DNA of 64,000 nucleotides from Fibrobacteria bacterium (GTDB lineage Bacteria > Fibrobacterota > Fibrobacteria > UBA11236), in contig JAYTSD010000045.1 in assembly GCA_043745805.1 (NCBI GenBank), positions 64,001 through 128,000 of the forward strand, in the 5' to 3' direction. This document shows, in pieces, positions 9,509-18,091 of the stretch. The translations under genes and the position numbers were made by a program. Every line of letters starts with the position of its first letter. Position 1 is the stretch's first letter. A model generated the notes under the pieces. It was not told the origin of the DNA, ran no database searches, and saw nothing but the letters and a program-made list of their open reading frames with translations.

Positions 9509-11270
9509 TTGTATGCTCCCATGCTTCCCAAACTTTTTCCATTAACGGTTTAATGGTCGCTTCGCCCATTTCAAAACTGAGTCCGGTACTTTCAAAAAGT
9601 TTACGTAACCCCTGGGTTCCGCCCAATTTCAAACCACGCTTATAATTTTCCAAAGCCTTTTTTTCGTCTTTTAAGGATTGATGCCAAACTTGCAAGGCGC
9701 CTAATTGAGCTATGCCATATTCGATATAATAAAAGGGCAATTCAAAAATATGCAATTGTTTATGCCAACCATAGCCACGAAATTCTTCTAAGCCGCTCCA
9801 ATCAATTTGTGGTTCAAAGCGCCTACTTAATTCCAACCAATAGGCTTGTCTTTCGGCTGGCGTGTGTGATGTCGTATAAATCCAATGTTGAAAGGCATCC
9901 ACAATAGATACCCAAGGTAAGAGACGAATTACTTCTTCTAATTCTTTTTGATGCGCGCGGCGCATATCGGCTTCCGAATAAAATTCTTGTAAATATTTGG
10001 CGCCTAAACGTTCCATGCTCATAGAAGCGACTTCACTAAATTCCATGGGTGCATGACGATTAAAACCTAATTCCATTTGCCGTGTATAAAAAAGATGAAA
10101 GGCATGACCGCTTTCATGCAGCAAGGTGAAAATATCTTCATTCAAACCCACGGTATTCATAAAAATAAAAGGCAAACGCATTTCATTCAGTGAACATTGA
10201 TAACCGCCTGGCGCTTTACCCACGCGATTATCCAAATCCATCAATTTATACTTTAACATGGTTTCATAAAATTCGGAAAGTTCCGGATCCATTTTGGCGA
10301 AAATACGTCCTACACCTTCCACCATTTGCGCGGTATTTTCAAAAGGCTTAAGTGGCGCGCGTCCATAAATATCCACGGATAAATCCCAAGGCTGCAAAGT
10401 TTCGAGGCCCATTTTTTCGCGACGATGATCCATTAATTTCTGATACAACGGCACCACAAATTTTTCTGTAGCGGCATGAAAACTTTTACAGTCGTCTGGT
10501 GTATAATCTTCTCGCATATTGGATTTAAAAGCATAGGCACGATAATCTGTCAAACCTAAATTTGCGGAAATTTGATTTCGTAAAACCAAGAGTTCATCGA
10601 AAAGCGTATCGAGTTTTTCCTTATCTTGGGCACGTCGCGTCGTAATTTTTCGCCAAACTTTTTCGCGCATGCTGCGATCAGGGCTTTGTAAAAGCGGCGC
10701 CATTTGGCTTAAGGTTTTAATTTCGCCTTCCCACTCCACCGTCATTTCGCTGCAAATTTTTTGATAGCTTTGCGTAAGCTTGGTTACTTCGGTGTGAATG
10801 GGAATATTCTTTTCCAAAAACAATTCCAAGCTTACTTGAATGGAACGTCTCCAATGGCCAAATTCTTCTTCGGGTAAATTTTGGGTTTCCGGATGATCGG
10901 CAATGCGGCGATTGAGTTTATCACTGGCTTCCGAAAGTTTGGGTTCAATATTTTCTACAAAATGCAAATAGGCTTTTTCTTTTTCTGCATCTTGAGTAAA
11001 GCAAGTCATGTCAATATACAGACGCGAACTTTCTTCTTGTAAGGCATTATTCAATTCATTATCGTCATAAATCCATTGGCGATAAGTTATGGCATCGGGC
11101 AAGGGACGTGCGATTAATTCCTCCAACACTTTTTCAATACTGTTCCAACTCGTCAAATCAAATTCGGCGGGTAAATAGTGGCGCGGAAATTCGGCACTCG
11201 GGCGAGGCAATAATTCTTGCCAATTCAAATTCTTGGCGGCATTCGTATCTTGAGGCATTTTGGCTATCAT
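9501..11270 (-). CDS. M3 family oligoendopeptidase F
   Basis: HESGH zinc motif, GKAPGGY, PMEFSEVASM, HIFELPFYYIEYGIAQLGA. Confidence 0.92.
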   Translation of the reverse strand: MIAKMPQDTNAAKNLNWQELLPRPSAEFPRHYLPAEFDLTSWNSIEKVLEELIARPLPDAITYRQWIYDDNELNNALQEESSRLYIDMTCFTQDAEKEKAYLHFVENIEPKLSEASDKLNRRIADHPETQNLPEEEFGHWRRSIQVSLELFLEKNIPIHTEVTKLTQSYQKICSEMTVEWEGEIKTLSQMAPLLQSPDRSMREKVWRKITTRRAQDKEKLDTLFDELLVLRNQISANLGLTDYRAYAFKSNMREDYTPDDCKSFHAATEKFVVPLYQKLMDHRREKMGLETLQPWDLSVDIYGRAPLKPFENTAQMVEGVGRIFAKMDPELSEFYETMLKYKLMDLDNRVGKAPGGYQCSLNEMRLPFIFMNTVGLNEDIFTLLHESGHAFHLFYTRQMELGFNRHAPMEFSEVASMSMERLGAKYLQEFYSEADMRRAHQKELEEVIRLLPWVSIVDAFQHWIYTTSHTPAERQAYWLELSRRFEPQIDWSGLEEFRGYGWHKQLHIFELPFYYIEYGIAQLGALQVWHQSLKDEKKALENYKRGLKLGGTQGLRKLFESTGLSFEMGEATIKPLMEKVWEAWEHTNV

Positions 11271-11400
11271 AGGGTTAGTCCTAAATCAAAAATCAAAAAT
11301 TCATTCAAAAATTTTATGAAAAATCTAAAATACCTTCTGCATTGGCTTAAGCCAATCCCTAGCCCACAAGCAACTGATTTCTTTTTATCTTACGCCCTTT

Positions 11401-12984
11401 ATGGAAACAAGTAATCTTTACGCCACAGAAATTAATAAGCGACGAACTTTCGCTATTGTAAGTCATCCCGATGCCGGCAAAACCACGATGACCGAAAAGT
11501 TGTTGTGGTATGGAAAAGTGATTCGCGAAGCGGGTCACGTGCGTGCTAAGGCCAATAAAAAATTTACCACCTCCGACTGGATGAAAATCGAACAGCAGCG
11601 CGGCATTTCGGTTTCCTCCTCGGTAATGAGTTTTCCATATGAAGGCTGCCAAATTAATTTAGTGGATACGCCTGGGCATCAGGATTTTTGCGAAGATACC
11701 TATCGCGCTTTAACCGCGGTCGATTCGGTTTTAGTATTACTCGATGCGGCCAAAGGGGTGGAACCACAAACCATTAAGCTTATGGAAGTGTGTCGCTTAC
11801 GACGATCACCTGTGACAGTTTTTATCAATAAAATGGATCGCGATAGCTTGGATCCTATCGCTTTAATGGATGAGGTTGAAGAAATTTTAGGACTACATTG
11901 CACACCCATGACCTTGCCCATTGGAAATGGAAAAGCCTTTCAAGGTGTATATTCCTTTATCGATAATACCGTGCATTTTTTTAATCCCGAAGCCGAGATG
12001 GACAAGATTGAAAAAGTAGATGGCATTCGTGATCCGCGCATGGATGAATGGTTCAATGCAAAATATTTAAAAGAATTTCGTGATCAAGCCGATTTGGCAG
12101 TAGGTGCTATGGAGCCTTTTGATCGAGTTAAGTATTTGAAAGGCGATCAATCTCCAGTTTATTTTGGATCGGGCATTAATAATTTTGGAGTGAAGCAATT
12201 ACTCGATAGCTTTGTGGCTTTTGCGCCGGCGCCTATGCCAAGGCAAGCACAAACTCGTTTAGTCGAGGCTACCGAAGATGCCTTTACGGGTGTGATATTT
12301 AAAATCCAAGCCAATACCGATCCTAAGCATCGGGACCGCATTGCTTTTGTGCGAGTATGTTCAGGTAAATTTATTCGCGGCGCCAAGGTTTTGCATTGCC
12401 GCACCGGAAAATCGGTGCGCTTGGCGGCTCCTTCGTCATTTGTAGCCAATGAAAAAGTGGTGATTGACGAGAGTTTTGCCGGTGACATTATCGGCATACA
12501 TGATCCAGGTATCTACAGTATTGGTGACACCTTATCTGAATTAGAGAACCTAAAATATCAAGGTATTCCCGACTTCGAGCCGGAGCATTTTGCCAAGGTT
12601 TATCTGGAAGATCCGCTCAAGAGCAAACAATTGTCGCAAGGCTTAAAACAGCTTTCCGAAGAAGGGGCTACCCAACTTTTTTCACCTATTAATAGCCCTA
12701 TTCCTATTTTGGGTGTGGTGGGTGTTTTGCAATTCGAAGTGATTAAATTCCGTATAGAAGAGGAATATGGCGCTAAATGTAGGCTTGAGCCTTCCAATAT
12801 CTTTTCTGTGCGTTGGTTATCAGGAGAGGCTCCCGAATTACAAAGCTTTAAATCTCAGAACTCTCACGATATGGCTACGGATAAAAAAGGCAATTTGGTT
12901 TATCTTTGCCCCAATGAATACCGTCTAAACTTGATGAAAAAGAACTTTGAAAAAATAGAATTCCATAAATTTTTCCAAGATTAG
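11401..12984 (+). CDS. prfC: Peptide chain release factor 3
   Basis: RRTFAIVSHPDAGKTT, SDWMKIEQQRGIS, DTPGHQDF, FKIQANTDPKHRDR, QLSEEG. Confidence 0.97.
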   Translation: METSNLYATEINKRRTFAIVSHPDAGKTTMTEKLLWYGKVIREAGHVRAKANKKFTTSDWMKIEQQRGISVSSSVMSFPYEGCQINLVDTPGHQDFCEDTYRALTAVDSVLVLLDAAKGVEPQTIKLMEVCRLRRSPVTVFINKMDRDSLDPIALMDEVEEILGLHCTPMTLPIGNGKAFQGVYSFIDNTVHFFNPEAEMDKIEKVDGIRDPRMDEWFNAKYLKEFRDQADLAVGAMEPFDRVKYLKGDQSPVYFGSGINNFGVKQLLDSFVAFAPAPMPRQAQTRLVEATEDAFTGVIFKIQANTDPKHRDRIAFVRVCSGKFIRGAKVLHCRTGKSVRLAAPSSFVANEKVVIDESFAGDIIGIHDPGIYSIGDTLSELENLKYQGIPDFEPEHFAKVYLEDPLKSKQLSQGLKQLSEEGATQLFSPINSPIPILGVVGVLQFEVIKFRIEEEYGAKCRLEPSNIFSVRWLSGEAPELQSFKSQNSHDMATDKKGNLVYLCPNEYRLNLMKKNFEKIEFHKFFQD

Positions 12985-13032
12985 CGATATTTTACTTTAT
13001 TAAAATACTGTAAACTGTTTTAAATTAGTGCT

Positions 13033-13079
13033 TTACAAAATTGTTTCAAAATGCTTACAAGTTTTTACATGAAATTACA
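13033..13079 (+). promoter_or_regulatory. Phased TTACA direct-repeat array (candidate response-regulator boxes)
   Basis: TTACA at 13033, 13055, 13065, 13075 and TTTCA at 13044; spacings 11, 11, 10, 10 bp. Confidence 0.45.
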
Positions 13080-13125
13080 CGCCAAACAAATCCATTTTGC
13101 TTAAAATATTCATAAATCAAAAGGA

Positions 13126-14997
13126 ATGGAAATGTATCAGACTCACCATTATCTGCACATCCCAGTTATGGGAACCGGATTTACCATTGATACGCCCTTG
13201 CGAGTGGCAAAATATGGTATTTCATCGGTGGTTTCTTTAGTTGACGATTTATTGATCGAACGGATTCGCAAGTATTATGCTGGCCAGTATCAGCTTCCCT
13301 TCGAACCAATCACGGCTTCCATACCCGATGCTCGCGCCAAAAGAATTACCGCCTATTTGAATATGTTAAATGACATTATCAGCATGCAAATCGAAGCTAT
13401 CAAAAAACTTCCTTTTGAAGCAGGTAATGACAAAGTCAAATATTTTGAATTATTGCCTGACACGTCCAAGGTCAAGCGTATGTACATCACCTATTTGGGA
13501 ATGCTCGATGGCAAAGAGAAACGTCAATTAGCTGAAGACTTAAATAACAGTATTGTCCCAGGATTCATTGATTGCAATATCATGACCAAGCTTGATCGTA
13601 TCAATTATGACCGTGAAGGCAGTCCAATGAGCATGGAACATAGTGATGCCAAAGCGGCTTTACGTGGATTTGCCCAATCTAAAATTCGTGCTAACATAGT
13701 TTTTTCCGCAGGTATCAATCAAACTTTGTATGGCTACTTGGAAAACTTCCCCGATTTTTATCGCACGGAAGAAAATGGCGCCCCCAAAAAAGGTGTGATT
13801 CTTAAAGTATCCGATTATCGGTCCTGTGTCATTCAAGGTCGCTTTCTCGCTAAAAAAGGCATTGAAATTCGTGAGTTCCGCATTGAATCGGGTTTAAATT
13901 GTGGTGGTCATGCTTTCGCCTCCGACGGTTATTTAATGGGACCTATTCTGCAAGAATTTAAAGATAATCGCGCGAGCTTTCCGGAAATGTTTGAGCCAGT
14001 GATTCGTAGCTATTATGGCAAAAAGGGTTGGAATTTTCCGGAGTCTTGGCATAATCGTTACATCTATGTTACCGCACAAGGTGGCATTGGTAACCATGCT
14101 GAAGTGAGGCGATTAATGGATTATTACACCATGGATGCTACCGGCTGGGCAAGCCCCTTTTTGTTAGTACCTGAGGCTACCGCATTGGATGCCGGAACGC
14201 GTCAGCAATTAGTCGATGCGAAAGAAGAAGATTTATACCTCAGTGATGTTTCACCTTTAGGTGTGGTATTTAATAATTTGCGCAACTCTACTTCGGAGCA
14301 ATGGACCAAACAGCAAATTGATTCGGGTAAGCCAGGTTCCGGTTGCCCTAAAAAATATTTAGTCTCCAATACTGAGTTTACCGATAAACCGATTTGTACT
14401 GCCTCCAAGGAGTTTCAGAAAATCAAATTGGAAACAATGGGTTTGGAAGCTGTTCCTGCTTCTAATACTACGGATGCGGCTGTACAGCAAGTCTATGTGA
14501 AAACTTGTATTTGTGATCACTTGGGCAATGGCGCTTTAATTCAATTGGGTATAGTCACAAATAGTCAACCTGTTTCTGTTTGTCCTGGCCCTAATATTGC
14601 CTATTTCGATCGTCTATATACTTTACGGGAAATGGTGAATCATATTTATGGACGCGGAAAACCCTTGGTACCCGAATCACGCCCCCATATGTTTACTAAA
14701 GATTTATTAATGTCTTTGGATTATTTTTCCAAACTTGCCGATAAGTGGACGATTGGAGACAAAAGAGGATTGGATTATTTGGCGGTATTTAAAGAAAATT
14801 TGGAAGAAGGCTTAGAATATTATCGCACTTTTTTACAAATTGAACTGTATTCCGGTGAAAACTTTAATTCTTTGAAAGAGGCCGTGGAAAAACAGGGCAT
14901 ACGATTGCAAAATATCTGGAAATCTATGCAAGCCAAAAATGGTTCTGTTGAAAATTTGGCAGGAGCAAGTTCCGAAGCTGCAAAATCAGCTGCTTAA
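13126..14997 (+). CDS. Conserved hypothetical protein; probable FMN TIM-barrel oxidoreductase (NMO/FabK/FabX-like) with Cys motifs
   Basis: HIPVMGTGF, IESGLNCGGHAF, AQGGIG, TGWASPFL, GCPKKYL, PICTAS, CICDHLG, VCPGPN. Confidence 0.55.
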   Translation: MEMYQTHHYLHIPVMGTGFTIDTPLRVAKYGISSVVSLVDDLLIERIRKYYAGQYQLPFEPITASIPDARAKRITAYLNMLNDIISMQIEAIKKLPFEAGNDKVKYFELLPDTSKVKRMYITYLGMLDGKEKRQLAEDLNNSIVPGFIDCNIMTKLDRINYDREGSPMSMEHSDAKAALRGFAQSKIRANIVFSAGINQTLYGYLENFPDFYRTEENGAPKKGVILKVSDYRSCVIQGRFLAKKGIEIREFRIESGLNCGGHAFASDGYLMGPILQEFKDNRASFPEMFEPVIRSYYGKKGWNFPESWHNRYIYVTAQGGIGNHAEVRRLMDYYTMDATGWASPFLLVPEATALDAGTRQQLVDAKEEDLYLSDVSPLGVVFNNLRNSTSEQWTKQQIDSGKPGSGCPKKYLVSNTEFTDKPICTASKEFQKIKLETMGLEAVPASNTTDAAVQQVYVKTCICDHLGNGALIQLGIVTNSQPVSVCPGPNIAYFDRLYTLREMVNHIYGRGKPLVPESRPHMFTKDLLMSLDYFSKLADKWTIGDKRGLDYLAVFKENLEEGLEYYRTFLQIELYSGENFNSLKEAVEKQGIRLQNIWKSMQAKNGSVENLAGASSEAAKSAA

Positions 14998-15076
14998 TCA
15001 CATGCCTAAAGCAAGGTTTTTAACTAAGCTTAGTATAGGCATTGTGTAGGTACAGCTCTTTTAAAATCAATGACTT

Positions 15077-15110
15077 AGCCCTTGTGAAAAAATCATAAGG
15101 GCTTTTTTTT
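15077..15110 (+). terminator. Intrinsic terminator
   Basis: AGCCCTTGTGA/TCATAAGGGCT stem followed by a T-run. Confidence 0.75.
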
Positions 15111-15173
15111 GGTTATTTTTGAAGAAAAATGCGCAAGTTATATAGGGGAACAGGAATTTGTCCCCCTGATTTT

Positions 15174-16175
15174 TTAAGGTAAATATTTACGGGATAAGCC
15201 GGCGGAAGTTTCTAATTGAATATAGGAAGGTACTGTGCCAGCAGGGAAGGAAAAGGCTAAAACTCCCACTGGACCTTCGGCAGAGGCCGCGATTTCTTTA
15301 TCTTTACCAAAGCCACCTGACTTGGTAGTAGGTTTATAAACTTGGCCATTATCGTCTACTAAAGTGATTTTATTCCCTTCAAAGCGAATACTTCCCGAAG
15401 AACCATTAAATGCTCTTATCTGTGTTTTAATTCCGGTGGCTGTCGCTGAATATTTTGGTAATGCAAGTAATACAGCATATTTATTGATTCGTGAATCCAC
15501 CTTTACGAGCAATCCCTGAACGTCGTACATTAAATAATTCGACAAATTTGTTTTACGTACAAGTGACCACAAGGTTTTGATTTCTGGTGTTTCGCCTGTA
15601 GCCATTACTAATTCATTCAGATGATATTCTGCAGCCACGCCCTGTGTGGGTTCGGTTGTCGCTTCATTTTGTTCATCGGTAATTTCTTTCAGTTTTTTAT
15701 CGATATAGATTTTTTTCATGGCTGCAATTTTTTCGCTCACGCCAGGGGCTTTATTGCTTAAGGATTCTATGGAGTTGAAAAATTTAAAACCCGATTCAAT
15801 GGCTTCGGGATCTCCTGTTTCTATTCTTTGGCTACCCAAATCAAACAAAATATTGGAGTAGGATGCTTCATTTTCTGCATTAGGGTGCTGACTTAGTAGA
15901 CTCACAATTGTGTCATTTAAGGCATCTAAAAACTCGGCAGTAGGATCGGATTTTGCTCTATCTTGCAAAGTAAGGATATTGGCCTTGGTATAATTCACAA
16001 AAAAGTCACGGCTGGTTTTACCTTTTTGCAAAGCTAAATCATAACGCATTAAAGCATTTACCGGATCATTGGCCTTTAAGTATTTGTCGCCTGCGGATTC
16101 ATTGCCGCCTTTACATCCTAAGATGAGCATGGCACAGAATAAGCCATTACCAATTAGGGTTAAGCTTTTTTTCAT
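15174..16175 (-). CDS. Hypothetical lipoprotein (helical N-part, beta-sandwich C-part)
   Basis: Start reassigned to MKKSLT (AAGGA SD); lipobox LILGC; C-terminal ITLVDDNGQVY resembles DUF4352-like domains. Confidence 0.55.
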   Translation of the reverse strand: MKKSLTLIGNGLFCAMLILGCKGGNESAGDKYLKANDPVNALMRYDLALQKGKTSRDFFVNYTKANILTLQDRAKSDPTAEFLDALNDTIVSLLSQHPNAENEASYSNILFDLGSQRIETGDPEAIESGFKFFNSIESLSNKAPGVSEKIAAMKKIYIDKKLKEITDEQNEATTEPTQGVAAEYHLNELVMATGETPEIKTLWSLVRKTNLSNYLMYDVQGLLVKVDSRINKYAVLLALPKYSATATGIKTQIRAFNGSSGSIRFEGNKITLVDDNGQVYKPTTKSGGFGKDKEIAASAEGPVGVLAFSFPAGTVPSYIQLETSAGLSRKYLP

Positions 16176-16332
16176 GGTAAATCCTTTTTGACTGGTTAAA
16201 AAAATCAGGTGGTAGAAAGCAATTAAAGTTTCCACAATTAAGAGGCCAGTGACTTTACTGGTTCATTGCCAAATAAAAATAATGCCAAAACCAAAGTTTG
16301 GGGAACAATTTTTCAACTTTAAAGTCAATAGC

Positions 16333-16362
16333 TTGCCAAGCATCACCTCCAATGTGTACTTT
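16333..16362 (+). promoter_or_regulatory. Sigma70-type promoter of tRNA-Ile
   Basis: TTGCCA-N18-TACTTT, 12 nt before the tRNA. Confidence 0.55.
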
Positions 16363-16374
16363 TGCTCGCTCTTA

Positions 16375-16451
16375 GGGCCCATAGCTCAGTTGGTTAGAGC
16401 AAGCGACTCATAATCGCTTGGTCCTCCGTTCAAGCCGGAGTGGGCCCACCA
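16375..16451 (+). tRNA. tRNA-Ile2 (CAT anticodon, lysidine type; elongator Met not fully excluded)
   Basis: GGGCCCA/TGGGCCC acceptor stem, AGCGA-CTCATAA-TCGCT anticodon arm, TTCAA T-loop, encoded CCA. Confidence 0.9.
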
Positions 16452-16481
16452 ATTTCTTACTAATTTCCTAGAAGGAGATCC

Positions 16482-17063
16482 GTGAAGAAAATCATTTTTT
16501 GGGGCGATGAAGTTTTTACGGGAAGCCATGGCTTTGCCGAAATTTTGATTGATTATATTTTTTTATCGCATCCACTAAATCAAATTCAAACCTACAGCTA
16601 TGGCGGAGAAGGTGCAACTTGGCAACAGGTACTTGCGCAAACTCCTCTTCATGTGATTAGTAAGTCACCCGATCAAATTTTATTGTGCTTGGGATATAAC
16701 GAGATTCAATCTGGAAAAAATGTGGAATACATTTCTATCGAGGTGCATAATCTTTTGCATTTGATATTGGAAAAAACCAAAGCTGAAATTTTTGTGGGCA
16801 ATTTATGCGTGGATTTATTTGCTGAGGATAAGCAAGAGCAGGCTAAACAATTCAACCAAATTTTAGCGAATATAAATTTACCGCGTTTACGACTTGTAGA
16901 TTTAGATATCCCATTCAAAAATTATTTGCAAAAACATCGTGAAAGTACCGGCGAAAAACGTTCTCTGCATACGCAATGGAATAAGTTAACCACCCTTGGC
17001 AAATTATTATTGGCGCAACATTTTTTTCAACATTTGCTAGAACATTCCAGTTATAAGGCTTAG
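16482..17063 (+). CDS. SGNH/GDSL-fold protein with degenerate active site
   Basis: IIFWGDE (GDS to GDE), SPDQILLCLGYNE, LVDLD; no DxxH. Confidence 0.65.
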   Translation: MKKIIFWGDEVFTGSHGFAEILIDYIFLSHPLNQIQTYSYGGEGATWQQVLAQTPLHVISKSPDQILLCLGYNEIQSGKNVEYISIEVHNLLHLILEKTKAEIFVGNLCVDLFAEDKQEQAKQFNQILANINLPRLRLVDLDIPFKNYLQKHRESTGEKRSLHTQWNKLTTLGKLLLAQHFFQHLLEHSSYKA

Positions 17064-17129
17064 AAAACCCCATTTTTATTTTGCTTTAGGGTATATTTTA
17101 AACTCGATTGATTAACCGAAGGACAATAC

Positions 17130-17459
17130 ATGGCAGATGATAATCACGACCGGTTTTTACGAAAAAATCAGGCTTTAAGTAAAGCCTATGAAATTCAAAA
17201 AAAAGACACTTATAAAGACAAAATGGTTAAAGGTGAAGTGAAGCCAATTGTTGGGGCTTGCTATCGCTGTAAAAAAGAGCGCCCTTGTTTAAAATACAGT
17301 GTAATGGAAACTGGACGTGCAGAAGGCGCTGTATCAGTGTCGAATGAATATGTTCCCTTATGCGAAGAATGTGCTCCCAAGAAAAGAAAAATTGAGAACG
17401 AACTCAGTAAAAAGCAAATAACCTCTTTGTTACGTGGGGCAAGGAACGGGCGCATTTAA
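17130..17459 (+). CDS. Small basic hypothetical protein with CxxC...CxxC (putative Zn-binding)
   Basis: AAGGA SD; CYRC and CEEC; Lys/Arg-rich. Confidence 0.6.
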   Translation: MADDNHDRFLRKNQALSKAYEIQKKDTYKDKMVKGEVKPIVGACYRCKKERPCLKYSVMETGRAEGAVSVSNEYVPLCEECAPKKRKIENELSKKQITSLLRGARNGRI

Positions 17460-17525
17460 GCCCATCTACTATTAATCTTTGATTATTTTTAGCTAATCCT
17501 AGTAAAAAGATTGGCTAATCTTTAT

Positions 17526-18008
17526 TTATGAATGTAAGGCTTCTTCGGGGCCATTAATACTTTGCTTCATTTCGCTGATCTCCGAAAGAAATTCTTTAAT
17601 TTCCTTGAACTTACGATAAACAGAAGCAAAACGAATATAAGCGACTTCATCCACTAAAAACAACGCACGCATGGCAAGCTCACCCACTAGTTTGCTATCC
17701 ACTTCATTATCGGGCATGCTATGCAACTGGTTTTCAATTTGATCCACCATTTGATCGATGGCTTGCGAGGAAATCGGCCTTTTTTTGCAAGCGGTATAAA
17801 AGCCAGACAGTATTTTTTGTCTGTCGAAGGGTTCGCGTCTACCATCATTTTTGACCACAGTAAGCGGCGTGGTTTCCACATATTCATAAGTAGTAAAGCG
17901 TTGGGCACAACTTAAACATTCACGTCTACGTCGAATAGCCTTCCCTTCGCGACTGCTTCGGGAATCTACAACTTTATCTTCTTCAAATGAACAGTAAGGA
18001 CATTTCAT
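17526..18008 (-). CDS. nrdR: Transcriptional repressor NrdR
   Basis: MKCPYC...DKVVDSR...IRRRREC..C..RFTTYE, ATP cone, DEVAYIRFASVY. Confidence 0.97.
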   Translation of the reverse strand: MKCPYCSFEEDKVVDSRSSREGKAIRRRRECLSCAQRFTTYEYVETTPLTVVKNDGRREPFDRQKILSGFYTACKKRPISSQAIDQMVDQIENQLHSMPDNEVDSKLVGELAMRALFLVDEVAYIRFASVYRKFKEIKEFLSEISEMKQSINGPEEALHS

Positions 18009-18047
18009 AGCCGGTATAAATATACCGGCTTTTCAACAACTAATCAA
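18009..18047 (-). promoter_or_regulatory. nrdR promoter overlapped by a perfect palindrome
   Basis: TTGATT-N17-TATATT on the minus strand; AGCCGGTATA-aa-TATACCGGCT at 18009-18030. Confidence 0.5.
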
Positions 18048-18091
18048 CAGATTTAGTCAAAAACCCCAAATAATATGTTGAAAAGTTTTGG

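Noticed and set aside
18060..18082. Possible NrdR box upstream of nrdR
   Set aside because: Poor match to consensus, and single rather than tandem.
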